This document shows, piece after piece, positions 12,096 through 23,554 of a stretch of DNA of 64,000 nucleotides. Every line of letters starts with the position of its first letter. Position 1 is the first letter of the stretch. The notes beneath the pieces were generated by a model. That model had not been told where the DNA came from. It saw only the letters and a list, made by a program, of their open reading frames with translations, and searched no databases. A program made the position numbers and the translations under genes. Origin of the DNA: Burkholderiales bacterium (GTDB lineage Bacteria; Pseudomonadota; Gammaproteobacteria; Burkholderiales; Burkholderiaceae_C); NCBI GenBank assembly GCA_028868995.1, contig JAGWTH010000009.1, forward strand, positions 19,811 to 83,810, written 5' to 3'.

Positions 12096-13286
12096 ATGAC
12101 CCACGCCGCCCCCCTCGCCACCACCGACCGCCGCGGCGCGTCCGCGATGCTGTGGGCCATGCTGTTCGGCAATTTCGTGATCGGCACCGGCGTGATGGCG
12201 GTGCCCGGCACGCTCAACGACATCAGCACCGGCCTGGCGGTCCCGGTCGCCGTCGCGGGCCAGCTGATTTCCGCCGGCGCGGTGCTCATGTGCGTGGGAG
12301 CGCCGCTGGCCGCCGCGCTCGTCGCCGGCTGGGACCGGCGCCGGCTGCTGGCACTGTCCATGCTCTGGTACGCGCTGCTGCACCTCGCCTGCGCCCTCGC
12401 CCCCGACTTCTCCACCCTGCTCGCCGTGCGCGTGCTGGCCCTGGCCTCGCCCGCCATCTTCACGCCCCAGGCCGCCGCCTGCGTGGGACTGCTGGTGCCG
12501 CCCGCGCAGCGCGGCCGGGCGATCACCTTCATCTTCCTCGGCTGGTCGCTGGCCTCCGTCCTGGGCATGCCGATCGCCGCCTTCGTGGGCGGCACGCTCG
12601 GCTGGCGCAGCGCCTTCGGCGTGGTGGCGGTGCTGAGCCTCGCGAGCGCGGCCTGGGTGTGGCTGGCCATGCCCGGGGGCGTGCGCCCGCCGGCGCTGTC
12701 GCGCTCCGCCTGGGGCGAGACCTTCCGCTCGCGCGCCCTGATGACCTGCGTGCTGGTGACCGTCCTGTACGCGGCCGGCCAGTTCGTGCTGTTCTCCTAC
12801 TTCGCCCCCTATTTCCGGCAGAAGCTGGACATCGGCCCCGGCGCCCTGAGCCTGTACTTCATGTGGTTCGGCGCCTTCGGCCTGCTCGGCAACCTCCTGA
12901 TGTCCCGCTGGATCGACCGCATCGGCGCCCCCCGGGCGGTGATGGCGGGCATCGCGCTGATGGCCGCGAGCCTGCTGCTGTTCCCGCTCGGCACGAGCTT
13001 CTGGCTGGCGGCCCTGGTGAGCATCCCCTGGGCCCTGGGCTGCTTCTCGTCCAACTCGGCGCAGCAGGCCCGGCTGGTGGCCATGGCGCCCGCGCTGGCC
13101 TCCGCCTCGGTCGCCCTCAATTCCTCGGCCATGTACGCCGGCCAGGCGCTGGGCGCCGGCACGGGCGGCTGGCTGATCGCCCGCGACGGCATGGACTGGC
13201 TGCACTGGGCCGGCTTCGCGGGCCTGCTGGCGGCGATGGCCGCCAGCGCTCTGGCGACCCGCTTCGCCCGCGGTCGCCCCGCCTGA
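12096..13286 (+). CDS. MFS transporter (DHA1/arabinose efflux-like)
   Basis: About 12 hydrophobic segments; GWDRRRLL loop; GWRSAF. Confidence 0.88.
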   Translation: MTHAAPLATTDRRGASAMLWAMLFGNFVIGTGVMAVPGTLNDISTGLAVPVAVAGQLISAGAVLMCVGAPLAAALVAGWDRRRLLALSMLWYALLHLACALAPDFSTLLAVRVLALASPAIFTPQAAACVGLLVPPAQRGRAITFIFLGWSLASVLGMPIAAFVGGTLGWRSAFGVVAVLSLASAAWVWLAMPGGVRPPALSRSAWGETFRSRALMTCVLVTVLYAAGQFVLFSYFAPYFRQKLDIGPGALSLYFMWFGAFGLLGNLLMSRWIDRIGAPRAVMAGIALMAASLLLFPLGTSFWLAALVSIPWALGCFSSNSAQQARLVAMAPALASASVALNSSAMYAGQALGAGTGGWLIARDGMDWLHWAGFAGLLAAMAASALATRFARGRPA

Positions 13287-13378
13287 GGGGAGCCGGCACC
13301 GGCCGGCCGGACGCCCTTTTCAGAGGGCGCAATGGCGGAATGCGGCGCCGCCCCCGTCGCGCCCTCCATAATCGCGCC

Positions 13379-14899
13379 ATGGAGACCCGATACAAGACCG
13401 TCGGCGTGGCCGGCGCCGGCGCCATGGGGCGCGGCATCGCCCAGATCGCCGCCCAGGCCGGCAGCACCGTCCGCCTCTACGACACCCAACCCGAAGCCGT
13501 GCAGCGCGCCATCCAGGACCTGGGCGCCCAGTGGGACCGCCTGCTGGAAAAAGGCCGCATGGACGCCGCCTCCGTGGCAGCCGCCAAGGAGCGGCTGCGG
13601 CCCGCTGCCAGCCTGCAGGACCTGGCCGACTGCGAGCTGGTCGTCGAGGCGATCGTCGAGCGGCTGGACATCAAGCGATCCCTGTTCTCGCAGCTCGAAG
13701 GCATCCTGGGCGCCGACGCGGTGCTCGCCACCAACACCTCGTCGCTGTCGGTGACGGCGATCGCCGCCGGCCTGCAGCGGCCGCAGCGCGTGGCCGGCTA
13801 CCACTTCTTCAACCCCGTGCCCCTGATGAAGGTGGTCGAGGTCATCGCCGGCCTCAAGACCGACCCCGCGGTCTGCGACGGCCTCACCACCTACGCCCGC
13901 CAGATGGGCCACACCCCGGTGCAGGCGCAGGACACGCCCGGCTTCATCGTCAACCATGCGGGCCGCGGCTACAACACCGAGGCGCTGCGCATCGCCAGCG
14001 AGGGCGTGGCCGACTTCGCCACCATCGACCGCATCCTGCGCGACCAGGTCGGGTTCAAGCTGGGTCCGTTCGAACTGATGGACCTCACCGGCCTGGACGT
14101 GTCGCACCCGGTGATGGAATCGGTGTACCGGCAGTACTACGACGAGCCGCGCTACCGTCCCACGGTGATCACGGCGCAGCGCCTGGCGGGCAACGTGCTG
14201 GGACGCAAGACCGGGGAAGGCTTCTACCGCTACGCCGAGGGCAAGGCGCAGGTCCCGGCCGAGCCGCCCGTGCCGCAGGTGGCCGACCTGCCGCCGGTGT
14301 GGGTGTCGACGCGGGCGGCGCGCCGCGCCGAGCTGTTCCAGCTGCTCAAGGACCTGGGCGCCACCATCGAGACCGGGCAGTCGCCCTCGATGCAGGCGTT
14401 GACGCTGGTCGCGCCCCTGGGCTTCGACGTGACCACCGTGGCGGTCGTGGAGCGGCTCGACCCGGCGCGCACGGTCGGCATCGACATGCTGATCGAGGAC
14501 GGCGCCACGAAGCGCCGCGTGCTCGCCACCAATCCCGCCACCCGGGCCGACATGCGCGACGCGGCGCACGCCCTGTTCGCGCGCGACGGCAAGCCGGTCA
14601 GCGTGATCCGTGATTCGGGCGGTTTCGTGACGCAACGCGTGGTCGCCACCATCGTCAACATCGCCTCCGACATGTGCCAGCAGCGCATCTGCTCGCCGCG
14701 CGACCTGGAGACGGCGGTGACCCTGGGCCTGGGCTATCCGCTGGGGCCGCTCGCCATGGGCGACCGCTGGGGTCCCACCAACGTGCTGGAGGTGCTGTTC
14801 AACCTGCAGACCGTGTACGGCGACCCGCGCTACCGTCCCAGCCCCTGGCTGCGCCGGCGCGGCGCGATCGGCCTGTCGCTGCTCCAGGAAGAGGCCTGA
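13379..14899 (+). CDS. 3-hydroxyacyl-CoA dehydrogenase (PaaH-like, two-domain)
   Basis: GAGAMGRGIA, EAIVE, ATNTSSLS, HFFNPVP and PGFIVN motifs; duplicated C-terminal domain. Confidence 0.92.
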   Translation: METRYKTVGVAGAGAMGRGIAQIAAQAGSTVRLYDTQPEAVQRAIQDLGAQWDRLLEKGRMDAASVAAAKERLRPAASLQDLADCELVVEAIVERLDIKRSLFSQLEGILGADAVLATNTSSLSVTAIAAGLQRPQRVAGYHFFNPVPLMKVVEVIAGLKTDPAVCDGLTTYARQMGHTPVQAQDTPGFIVNHAGRGYNTEALRIASEGVADFATIDRILRDQVGFKLGPFELMDLTGLDVSHPVMESVYRQYYDEPRYRPTVITAQRLAGNVLGRKTGEGFYRYAEGKAQVPAEPPVPQVADLPPVWVSTRAARRAELFQLLKDLGATIETGQSPSMQALTLVAPLGFDVTTVAVVERLDPARTVGIDMLIEDGATKRRVLATNPATRADMRDAAHALFARDGKPVSVIRDSGGFVTQRVVATIVNIASDMCQQRICSPRDLETAVTLGLGYPLGPLAMGDRWGPTNVLEVLFNLQTVYGDPRYRPSPWLRRRGAIGLSLLQEEA

Positions 14900-15679
14900 A
14901 TGGCCGCCGAACTCAAGAGCGCCAGCCTCGGCCAGACGATGGTCCTGACGATCTCCAATCCGGAAAGCCGCAACGCGCTGGGCCCGGAGATCTATGCGGC
15001 CGGCATCGAGGCGCTCAACGCCGCCGACAGCAATCCCGAGGTGCGCAGCGTCGTGCTCGCCGGCGAGGGCAGCACCTTCTGCGCCGGCGGCAACCTGCAG
15101 CGCCTGCTCGACAACCGCAGCAGGCCGCCCGAGGTGCAGGCGCAGTCCATCGAAGGCCTCCACGGCTGGATCGAGGCGATCCGCACCTTTCCCAAGCCCG
15201 TGATCGCGGCGGTGGAGGGCGCCGCCGCGGGCGCCGGCTTCTCGCTGGCGCTGGCCTGCGACTTCATCGTCGCCGCCGACAACGCGGTGTTCGTGATGGC
15301 CTACAGCAGCGTCGGCCTCTCGCCCGACGGCGGCGGCACCTGGAGCCTCGCGCGCGCCCTGCCCCGGCAGCTGGCCAACGAACTCCTGCTGTGCGGCGAG
15401 CGCATAGGCAGCGCGCGCCTGCACGAGCTGGGGGTGGTCAACCGCGTCGTGCCCGCCGCCAGCGCGCTGGACGAGGCGCTGGCGCTCGCCGGCCGGCTCA
15501 ACGAGCGGGCGCCCAACGCGCTGGCGAGCATCAAGGAGCTGCTGAACGACGCGGCCGAGGCGCCGCTGACGCGGCAGCTCGCGAGCGAGCGCGACCACTT
15601 CGTGCGCAACCTGCACCATGCCAACGGCGGCATCGGCATCCAGGCCTTCCTGGCCAGGCAGAAGCCCCGGTATTCCTGA
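14900..15679 (+). CDS. Enoyl-CoA hydratase/isomerase (crotonase) family
   Basis: FCAGGNL, AAVEGAAAGAGFSLALACD and GLSPDGG motifs. Confidence 0.9.
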   Translation: MAAELKSASLGQTMVLTISNPESRNALGPEIYAAGIEALNAADSNPEVRSVVLAGEGSTFCAGGNLQRLLDNRSRPPEVQAQSIEGLHGWIEAIRTFPKPVIAAVEGAAAGAGFSLALACDFIVAADNAVFVMAYSSVGLSPDGGGTWSLARALPRQLANELLLCGERIGSARLHELGVVNRVVPAASALDEALALAGRLNERAPNALASIKELLNDAAEAPLTRQLASERDHFVRNLHHANGGIGIQAFLARQKPRYS

Positions 15680-15780
15680 GCGCGGGGGCGCGGCACGACG
15701 CGCAGGTGACAACCCTGAGCGCCCGCCGCCGTCCCGCACGCGACAATCCGGAGGAGCGCCAGTCGCTCACAAGACAGCCC

Positions 15781-16500
15781 ATGGACGACCCGATTCTTAC
15801 CATCGAGGAACGCGCGGCCATCAACAGCGGCCGCTGGTTCGCCTCGCTTTCACCCTCGCTTCGCCACGACATCCTCCGATGCGCCTTCGTCAAACGGTTC
15901 CGGGACGGCGACCTCATCTGCGCGCGCGGCGACCCCGCCGAGTTCTGGAGCGCGGTCGCGCGCGGCTCGGTTCGGGTGAGTTCGACCTCGATCACCGGCA
16001 AGCAGGTGACGCTGCAGTACGTGGAGCCGGGCATCTGGTTCGGCGACGTGGCGATGTTCGACGGCGAGCGGCGCACGCACGACGCCTATGCGCACGGTGA
16101 CACCACGATGCTGATGGTCTCGCGCGCCGACTTCCAGAAGATCCTGGCCCAGCACGTGGAGCTGTACGAGGCCCTGCTGCGCCTGCAGGCCCGCCGCATC
16201 CGCCAGCTGTTCGGCCTGGTGGAGGACCTGAACACCCTGCCCCTGCGCGCCCGCCTGGCCAAGCAGCTCGCCCACCTCGCGCGCAGCTACGGCGTGCCCT
16301 CGCTCGCCAACGGCGGCGAGGTGCGCATCGGCCTGCAGCTGGCGCAGGAGGAGCTGGCCCACCTGCTGGGCGCCTCGCGCCAGCGCGTGAACCAGGAACT
16401 CAAGCAGATGGAGCGGGAGGAGGTGATCCGCATCGAGCCGGGCGGGCTGGTGGTGCGCGACCGCGAGGCCCTCATGCGCATCGTCGAGGCCGACGACTAG
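15781..16500 (+). CDS. Crp/Fnr-family transcriptional regulator
   Basis: cNMP-binding fold (WFGDVAMFDGERRTHDA) plus HTH LAQEELAHLLGASRQRVNQELK. Confidence 0.92.
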   Translation: MDDPILTIEERAAINSGRWFASLSPSLRHDILRCAFVKRFRDGDLICARGDPAEFWSAVARGSVRVSSTSITGKQVTLQYVEPGIWFGDVAMFDGERRTHDAYAHGDTTMLMVSRADFQKILAQHVELYEALLRLQARRIRQLFGLVEDLNTLPLRARLAKQLAHLARSYGVPSLANGGEVRIGLQLAQEELAHLLGASRQRVNQELKQMEREEVIRIEPGGLVVRDREALMRIVEADD

Positions 16501-16510
16501 GACCGCAACC

Positions 16511-17617
16511 ATGAGCGACAACTTCGAGCATTTCGTCGGCACCCGCCCCGTCTCCGGCCAGCACGCCTTCGACACCGGCGCCCTGGCCGCCTGGCTGGAA
16601 AGCCACCTGGACGGCTTCCGCGGGCCCCTGAGCGTGGAGATGTTCAAGGGCGGCCAGTCCAATCCGACCTACAAGCTGGTCACGCCGCAGCGCAACTACG
16701 CCATGCGCGCCAAGCCGGGCCCGGTGGCCAAGCTGCTGCCCTCGGCCCACGCGATCGAGCGCGAGTACGCCGTGATGACGGGCCTCGCCGGCACCGACGT
16801 GCCGGTGCCGCGCATGTACTGCCTGTGCGAGGACGAGTCGGTGATCGGCCGCGCCTTCTACATCATGGAGTTCATGGAGGGCCGCGTGCTGTGGGACCAG
16901 GCCCTGCCCGGAATGAGCCCCGCCCAGCGGGGCGAGATCTACGACGAGATGAACCGCGTGATCGCGGCGCTGCACACCGTCAGGTTCGCCGAGCGCGGAC
17001 TGGCCGGCTACGGCAAGCCGGGCAACTACTTCGAGCGCCAGATCGGCCGCTGGAGCAAGCAGTACAAGGCCTCGGCCGACGGCGCCGGCCCCATGAGCCA
17101 GCCGATTGCGGAGATGGAGCGGCTGGTCGACTGGCTGCCCGCGCACATCCCGCCGGCCGCGCGCGACGAGGGCAAGGTCTCCATCGTCCACGGCGACTTC
17201 CGCCTGGACAACCTGATGTTCCACGCCAGCGAGCCGCGCGTGATCGCGGTGCTGGACTGGGAGCTGTCGACGCTGGGCCATCCCCTGGCCGACTTCAGCT
17301 ACCACTGCATGGCCTGGCACATCCCGCATGGCTCCTTCCGCGGCATCGGCGGGCTGGACCTGGCCTCCCTGGGCATCCCCAGCGAGGACGACTACATCCG
17401 CCGCTACTGCGACCGCACTAGGCTCGCGACGGTGGCGGACCTCAAGGCCGACTGGAACTTCTACATGGCCTACAACATGTTCCGCATCGCCGCAATCCTG
17501 CAGGGCATCGCCAAGCGCGTGGAGGCGGGCACCGCCTCCAGCGCCCAGGCCGTCGCCTCCGGCAAGAGCGCGCGGCCGATGGCCGAACTCGCCTGGTCCT
17601 TCGCGCAGAAGGCCTGA
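16511..17617 (+). CDS. APH-family phosphotransferase (LvaA / ACAD10-11 kinase-domain-like)
   Basis: [26 protein letters not shown] and [12 protein letters not shown] motifs. Confidence 0.9.
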   Translation: MSDNFEHFVGTRPVSGQHAFDTGALAAWLESHLDGFRGPLSVEMFKGGQSNPTYKLVTPQRNYAMRAKPGPVAKLLPSAHAIEREYAVMTGLAGTDVPVPRMYCLCEDESVIGRAFYIMEFMEGRVLWDQALPGMSPAQRGEIYDEMNRVIAALHTVRFAERGLAGYGKPGNYFERQIGRWSKQYKASADGAGPMSQPIAEMERLVDWLPAHIPPAARDEGKVSIVHGDFRLDNLMFHASEPRVIAVLDWELSTLGHPLADFSYHCMAWHIPHGSFRGIGGLDLASLGIPSEDDYIRRYCDRTRLATVADLKADWNFYMAYNMFRIAAILQGIAKRVEAGTASSAQAVASGKSARPMAELAWSFAQKA

Positions 17618-17643
17618 ACCGTTTTTTCCCAAGGGAGCCCCGC

Positions 17644-18918
<1,275 letters not shown>

Positions 18919-18951
18919 GACGTCACGGCGCGGGGACGGCGCCTTGCGGCG

Positions 18952-19635
18952 TCACCGCTTGAACGCCCTGAGAGCGCACTCGCAGGCGCCGATGAAGACG
19001 TCGGTGGCGTGGTCGAGCGTGCTCGTCTGCGCCGGCAGGTACTGCATGCGCAGGTAGCACTTGCCGCGCAGGAGCACCACCATGAAAGGGACCTGCGCCG
19101 TGGGGGCCGGCTCGCCCCAGGACATCAGCAGGTGCACCAGGCGGCTGTCCACCCAGGCCAGCGCGTTCTCCCGGCTGTCGGCCAGCACGGCGTAACGGCT
19201 CCAGAACGCGTCGGGCGGCCCTTCCCAGCCGATCTCGTCGTACATGGCCAGCCAGCGCATCTCCTCGGGCAGGCGCGCGTCCGCGGTGGTCTGCAGGTTG
19301 CTCGTGATCATGCCGTAGGCACGCCGCTCGAGCACTTCCTTCAACGGGCGGTTGATCACCATCGCGCCCACGTCCTCGTCGACGCCCAGCTCGGAGCGCG
19401 CCCGCAGTTCCTCGCCGCTGATGTAGTCGCGGGAGGGCCGCCCCAGCTCCAGGCGCCAGGGGCGTCCGCCGACCTTGCCCTGGACGCTCATGGAGCTGCC
19501 CAGGGAGCCGCCGGAGAAGCTCATGCCCCTGGAGGCCGCCCACTCGGACACCGGGCCCAGCGCGTGCGCGAACACGCTGTCGGGGGCCGCCTCCTTGGCG
19601 TCCCGCTGGAAGGCCTTCCAGATGCGGTCGAACAT
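18952..19635 (-). CDS. Hypothetical protein
   Basis: 227-aa ORF with normal composition filling the gap between convergent genes; no family recognised. Confidence 0.75.
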   Translation of the reverse strand: MFDRIWKAFQRDAKEAAPDSVFAHALGPVSEWAASRGMSFSGGSLGSSMSVQGKVGGRPWRLELGRPSRDYISGEELRARSELGVDEDVGAMVINRPLKEVLERRAYGMITSNLQTTADARLPEEMRWLAMYDEIGWEGPPDAFWSRYAVLADSRENALAWVDSRLVHLLMSWGEPAPTAQVPFMVVLLRGKCYLRMQYLPAQTSTLDHATDVFIGACECALRAFKR

Positions 19636-19693
19636 GGGCAGGGGCTTTCGCCTAAAGTCGGGGCATTATCGATTGAAACAGGAGGTTACGCGC

Positions 19694-20392
19694 GTGTCCC
19701 CGATCGACGTCCATTCCTGGCCCACCCCCAACGGCCACAAGGTCCACATCATGCTGGAGGAGTGCGGCCTGCCCTACCGCGCCATCCCGGTCAACATCGG
19801 CGCGGGCGAGCAGTTCCGCCCCGAATTCCTGGCGATCAGCCCGAACAACAAGATCCCGGCCATCGTCGACCCGGACGGGCCCGACGGCCAGCCGATCTCC
19901 CTGTTCGAGTCGGGCGCCATCCTGGTCTACCTGGCGGGCAAGACCGGCCGCTTCCTGCCGGCCGGCGACCGGGCGAAGTACGAGGTCCTGCAGTGGCTGA
20001 TGTTCCAGGTGGGCGGGGTCGGCCCCATGCTCGGCCAGGCTCACCACTTCCGCATGTACGCGCCGCAGAAGATCCCCTATGCCGTCGACCGCTACACCAA
20101 CGAGGCGAAGCGGCTGTACGGCGTGATCGACCGGCGGCTGGCACGAAGCGAGTGGCTGGGCGGCGCCGAATACTCGATCGCCGACATCGCCACCTTCCCC
20201 TGGCTGCGCAGCTGGCAGAACCAGGGGGTCGTGCTGGAGGAGTACCCGGACCTGAAGCGCTGGTTCGACACCATCGCCGCGCGGCCGGCGGTGCAGCGCG
20301 GCGTGCAGGTGCTGGCCGACCTGCGCAAGCCCATCACCGACGACCAGTCGCGCGAGGTGCTGTTCGGCGCCACGCAGTACCAGCGCCGCTGA
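19694..20392 (+). CDS. Glutathione S-transferase (YfcG/YghU-like disulfide reductase)
   Basis: GGAGG RBS plus GTG at 19694; TPNGHKV, SPNNKIPAI, LFESGAIL and YSIADIA motifs. Confidence 0.92.
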   Translation: MSPIDVHSWPTPNGHKVHIMLEECGLPYRAIPVNIGAGEQFRPEFLAISPNNKIPAIVDPDGPDGQPISLFESGAILVYLAGKTGRFLPAGDRAKYEVLQWLMFQVGGVGPMLGQAHHFRMYAPQKIPYAVDRYTNEAKRLYGVIDRRLARSEWLGGAEYSIADIATFPWLRSWQNQGVVLEEYPDLKRWFDTIAARPAVQRGVQVLADLRKPITDDQSREVLFGATQYQRR

Positions 20393-20396
20393 TGGG

Positions 20397-21815
20397 TCAA
20401 TGCGCGGGCCGGATCCGCAGGCTGCTGAAGACGGCCGCGCCGCCGGCCAGCAGCGCGGCGAGGCCCAGGGCGATCGTGGGCCCGCCCTGGCGGACGCCAG
20501 CCACGCTGAAGATCAGGCCCAGCAGCACCGCCCCCAGCGACTGGCCGGTGAGCCGCGCGGTGCCCAGCATGCCGCTGGCCGCGCCGGCGCGGCGCAGCGG
20601 CGCGCTGGTCACGATGGTGTGGTTGTTGGGCGACTGGAACAGGCCGAAACCCACGCCGCACAGGGCCAGCGGCAGGGCGACCCGCCAGAGCGCCGGCGCC
20701 GGCGGCAGCAGCGCCAGCAGGGCCAGGCCCGCGGCCATGAGCGCCAGGCCGATGCCGCCCAGCAGTCCGCCGCCGACACGGTGGATCAGCCGCCCGGCCA
20801 CCGGCGCCACTACCACGATGGCCGCCGGCCAGGCCGTGATCAGCAGGCCCGCCTCGAAGTGGCTGCGGCCCTGCCCTTCCAGCAGCAGGAAGGGCAGCGC
20901 GACGAACGCCAGCGTCTGCGCGGCGAAGGCGCCCACCGAGGTGCACATGGACAGCGCGAAAACGCGGATGCGCAGCAGGTCCACCGGGAACAGCGGCGCC
21001 GGCAGGGTCCACTGCCTGTGGATGTAGAGGGCCCCCACCAGCACGCCCGTCCCGAGCAGGCCGAAGGCCAGGGCCAGCGAACCGGGAGTGGGCACGCCGC
21101 CGGCCTCCCGGCGCACGCCGAAGGCATCCGCGCCGAGGAACACCAGGGAGAACATCGCGATGTTCAGGGCCACGTCCAGCCAGTGGGGGCGCGGCGCCGA
21201 AGGCGACACCGCGTTCCCCGGCAGCGAGCGCCGCGCCAGCACGAACACGATCGTGCCCAGTGGCAGCTGGATCAGGAACAGCCACGGCCAGGACGCGACC
21301 GAAAGCACCAGCGCCGACAGGCTGGGGCCGGCGACCGAGGAGATCGCGACGATCATCGAGTTGAGCGCGATGCCGCGCCCGAGCCGGTCGGTCGGGTAGG
21401 TCAGGCGCACCAGGGCCGAATTGACAGCCATCATGCCGGCCGCGCCCAGGCCCTGCAGGGCGCGCGCGCCGGCCAGCAAAGGCAGCGAGGGCGCCACCAC
21501 GCAACCCAGGGAGGCCAGCGTGAACACCGCCAGGCCCACGAGGTACACGCGCCGGTAGCCGATGCGCTCGCCCAGCTGCGCGCAGGGCAGCAGAAGCACC
21601 AGCGTGGCCAACTGGTAGGCATTGACCACCCAGACGGCGGCCGATGCCGAAGCCCCGAAATCGCGCGTGATGTCGGGCAGCGCCAGGTTGACGATGCTGC
21701 TGTCCAGGACCGACAGCGAGATTCCCGTCAGGATCGCCGCCATCGCCCAGTACCGCTGCGGCGCCGGCAGGCCGTCCGCGACGGCCAGGGTTGGCTCTTC
21801 CACCTTCTTCTGCAC
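20397..21815 (-). CDS. MFS drug/H+ antiporter (DHA2-like, about 14 TM)
   Basis: LDSSIVNLALP, WVVNAYQL, GERIGYRR and WPWLFLIQLPLG motifs. Confidence 0.9.
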   Translation of the reverse strand: MQKKVEEPTLAVADGLPAPQRYWAMAAILTGISLSVLDSSIVNLALPDITRDFGASASAAVWVVNAYQLATLVLLLPCAQLGERIGYRRVYLVGLAVFTLASLGCVVAPSLPLLAGARALQGLGAAGMMAVNSALVRLTYPTDRLGRGIALNSMIVAISSVAGPSLSALVLSVASWPWLFLIQLPLGTIVFVLARRSLPGNAVSPSAPRPHWLDVALNIAMFSLVFLGADAFGVRREAGGVPTPGSLALAFGLLGTGVLVGALYIHRQWTLPAPLFPVDLLRIRVFALSMCTSVGAFAAQTLAFVALPFLLLEGQGRSHFEAGLLITAWPAAIVVVAPVAGRLIHRVGGGLLGGIGLALMAAGLALLALLPPAPALWRVALPLALCGVGFGLFQSPNNHTIVTSAPLRRAGAASGMLGTARLTGQSLGAVLLGLIFSVAGVRQGGPTIALGLAALLAGGAAVFSSLRIRPAH

Positions 21816-21891
21816 CGGCGGCAGTCTACCCGCGCCCGGGAGCCCTTGCGCCCGCCTCTAGAATCCACACCTTTTGCGCCAACCGCCACCG

Positions 21892-22839
21892 ATGTTCAAG
21901 AGCGCGTGCTTCTTCCGCCTGGCCGACGACTTCGTCCTGCCCGGCCTCGATGCCCTGGAGCGTGTCCTGCAGAAGGCACGCTTCGTTCCCTGCGGCCCCA
22001 CCCAGGCCGAATCCAGCGGCTGGATCGCTCCGCGCGGGCGCAAGAGCAAGGTGCTCGCCGAGACAGTCGGCGGCCACCTGGTCCTGACGCTCGCCACCGA
22101 GAAGCGCGCGGTGCCCTCGTCCGCCGTGAAGGCCGCGGTGGAGGAACGCGTCGAGCGCTACCAGGCCGAGACCGGCAACGAGCGCGTGCCGGCCAAGGTG
22201 AAGAAGGAATTCAAGGAGGAGGTCCTGCTGGACCTGCTGCCGCGCGCCTTCAGCAAGCGCAGCACCACCACGCTTTGGCTGGACGCGAAGGCGAAGCTGC
22301 TGGTGGTGGACGCGGGCAGCCTGGCCGGCGCCGACCGCATCGTGTCCTCGCTGCTGGCCGCCTTGCTGGAGGTGCCCGGCGCCAGCCCGGCGCCGGACCT
22401 GCAGATCGTGCATACGCAGACCTCGCCCTCGGCGGCCATGGCGCACTGGCTCGCCACGCGCGAGGCGCCGTGGCACTTCACGATCGACCGCGACTGCGAG
22501 CTGAAGGCGGCCGACGAACAGAAGTCCTCGGTCCGCTATGCCCGCCACACCCTCGACATCGACGAGGTCGCCCAGCACATCGCCGCGGGCAAGGTGCCCA
22601 CGCAGCTGGCCATGACCTGGAACGACCGGGTGTCCTTCGTGCTCACAGAGGCCGGCCAGTTGCGCAGGCTGAAGATGCTGGACGTGGTGCTGAAGGAGTC
22701 CGAGGATGCCAAGGGGCGCGACGAGGACAACTTCGACGCGAACGTGGCGATCCTCACCGGCGAGTTGTCGCAGCTGATCCCGGACCTGCTGGAGGCGCTG
22801 GGCGGGGAGGCGGCGCCGGGGGCGGCCGCGGCGGCCTGA
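21892..22839 (+). CDS. rdgC: Recombination-associated protein RdgC
   Basis: FVPCGPTQAESSGWIAPRG, LLPRAFSK, GKVPTQLAMTWNDRVSFVLT and FDANVAILTGEL motifs. Confidence 0.92.
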   Translation: MFKSACFFRLADDFVLPGLDALERVLQKARFVPCGPTQAESSGWIAPRGRKSKVLAETVGGHLVLTLATEKRAVPSSAVKAAVEERVERYQAETGNERVPAKVKKEFKEEVLLDLLPRAFSKRSTTTLWLDAKAKLLVVDAGSLAGADRIVSSLLAALLEVPGASPAPDLQIVHTQTSPSAAMAHWLATREAPWHFTIDRDCELKAADEQKSSVRYARHTLDIDEVAQHIAAGKVPTQLAMTWNDRVSFVLTEAGQLRRLKMLDVVLKESEDAKGRDEDNFDANVAILTGELSQLIPDLLEALGGEAAPGAAAAA

Positions 22840-22844
22840 AGGAC

Positions 22845-22921
22845 TGGCCTGCCCGGAGGGAATCGAACCCCCGACAACCTGCTTAGAAGGCAGGTGCTCT
22901 ATCCAACTGAGCTACGGGCAG
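22845..22921 (-). tRNA. tRNA-Arg(TCT)
   Basis: Reverse complement CTGCCCGTAGCTCAGTTGGATAGAGCACCTGCC-TTCTAA-GCAGGTTGTCGGGGGTTCGATTCCCTCCGGGCAGGCCA; 77 nt with encoded CCA. Confidence 0.96.
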
Positions 22922-22932
22922 AGCGGAGACGG

Positions 22933-23009
<77 letters not shown>

Positions 23010-23113
23010 ACATCACTGCATTCTACGCGGCACCCTCGCGGCTCACCCGAGGCCGTCGCGTCGGCGCCGCGCAGCCGGGCGTCCGGTCAGCCGGCATCCC
23101 TACACTCGCCGCC

Positions 23114-23554
23114 ATGCTTCGCCTGCTCTTCCTTTCCGCCGCCTGCCTGGTCCTGCCCCTGGCGGGCCTGCTCTTCGCGCAGTGGCCCCTGCGCGAGCTG
23201 GTGCAGGCGTACTCCGTGCAGGCCAATGACCTCGGGCAGATCTGCTTCGCCGTGGCCATGGCCTTCGGCGTGACGGCGGCCAGCCGCGCCGGCGCCCACC
23301 TGGTCGCGGGCCATCATCGGCGCTCCCCCCGGTTCGTGGCGACCGGGGTCGCCCTTTGCGTCCTGCCCTGGGCCGGCTTCCTGCTCTGGAGCACCACAGG
23401 CCCGGTGTGGCAATCCGTTCGCACCCTGGAGAAATTCCCCGAGACGCTGGACCCCGGCTACTTCCTGATCCGGGTGGCCCTGTGGCTGCTGGTGGTCCTG
23501 GTCCTGCTGCACGCGCTCGCCGGCCTGCGCCGCACCTGGTCGCGCAATGCCTAG
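23114..23554 (+). CDS. TRAP transporter small permease (DctQ-like)
   Basis: About 4 TM segments, AGAHLVA motif, overlaps the start of a DctM-like gene. Confidence 0.7.
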   Translation: MLRLLFLSAACLVLPLAGLLFAQWPLRELVQAYSVQANDLGQICFAVAMAFGVTAASRAGAHLVAGHHRRSPRFVATGVALCVLPWAGFLLWSTTGPVWQSVRTLEKFPETLDPGYFLIRVALWLLVVLVLLHALAGLRRTWSRNA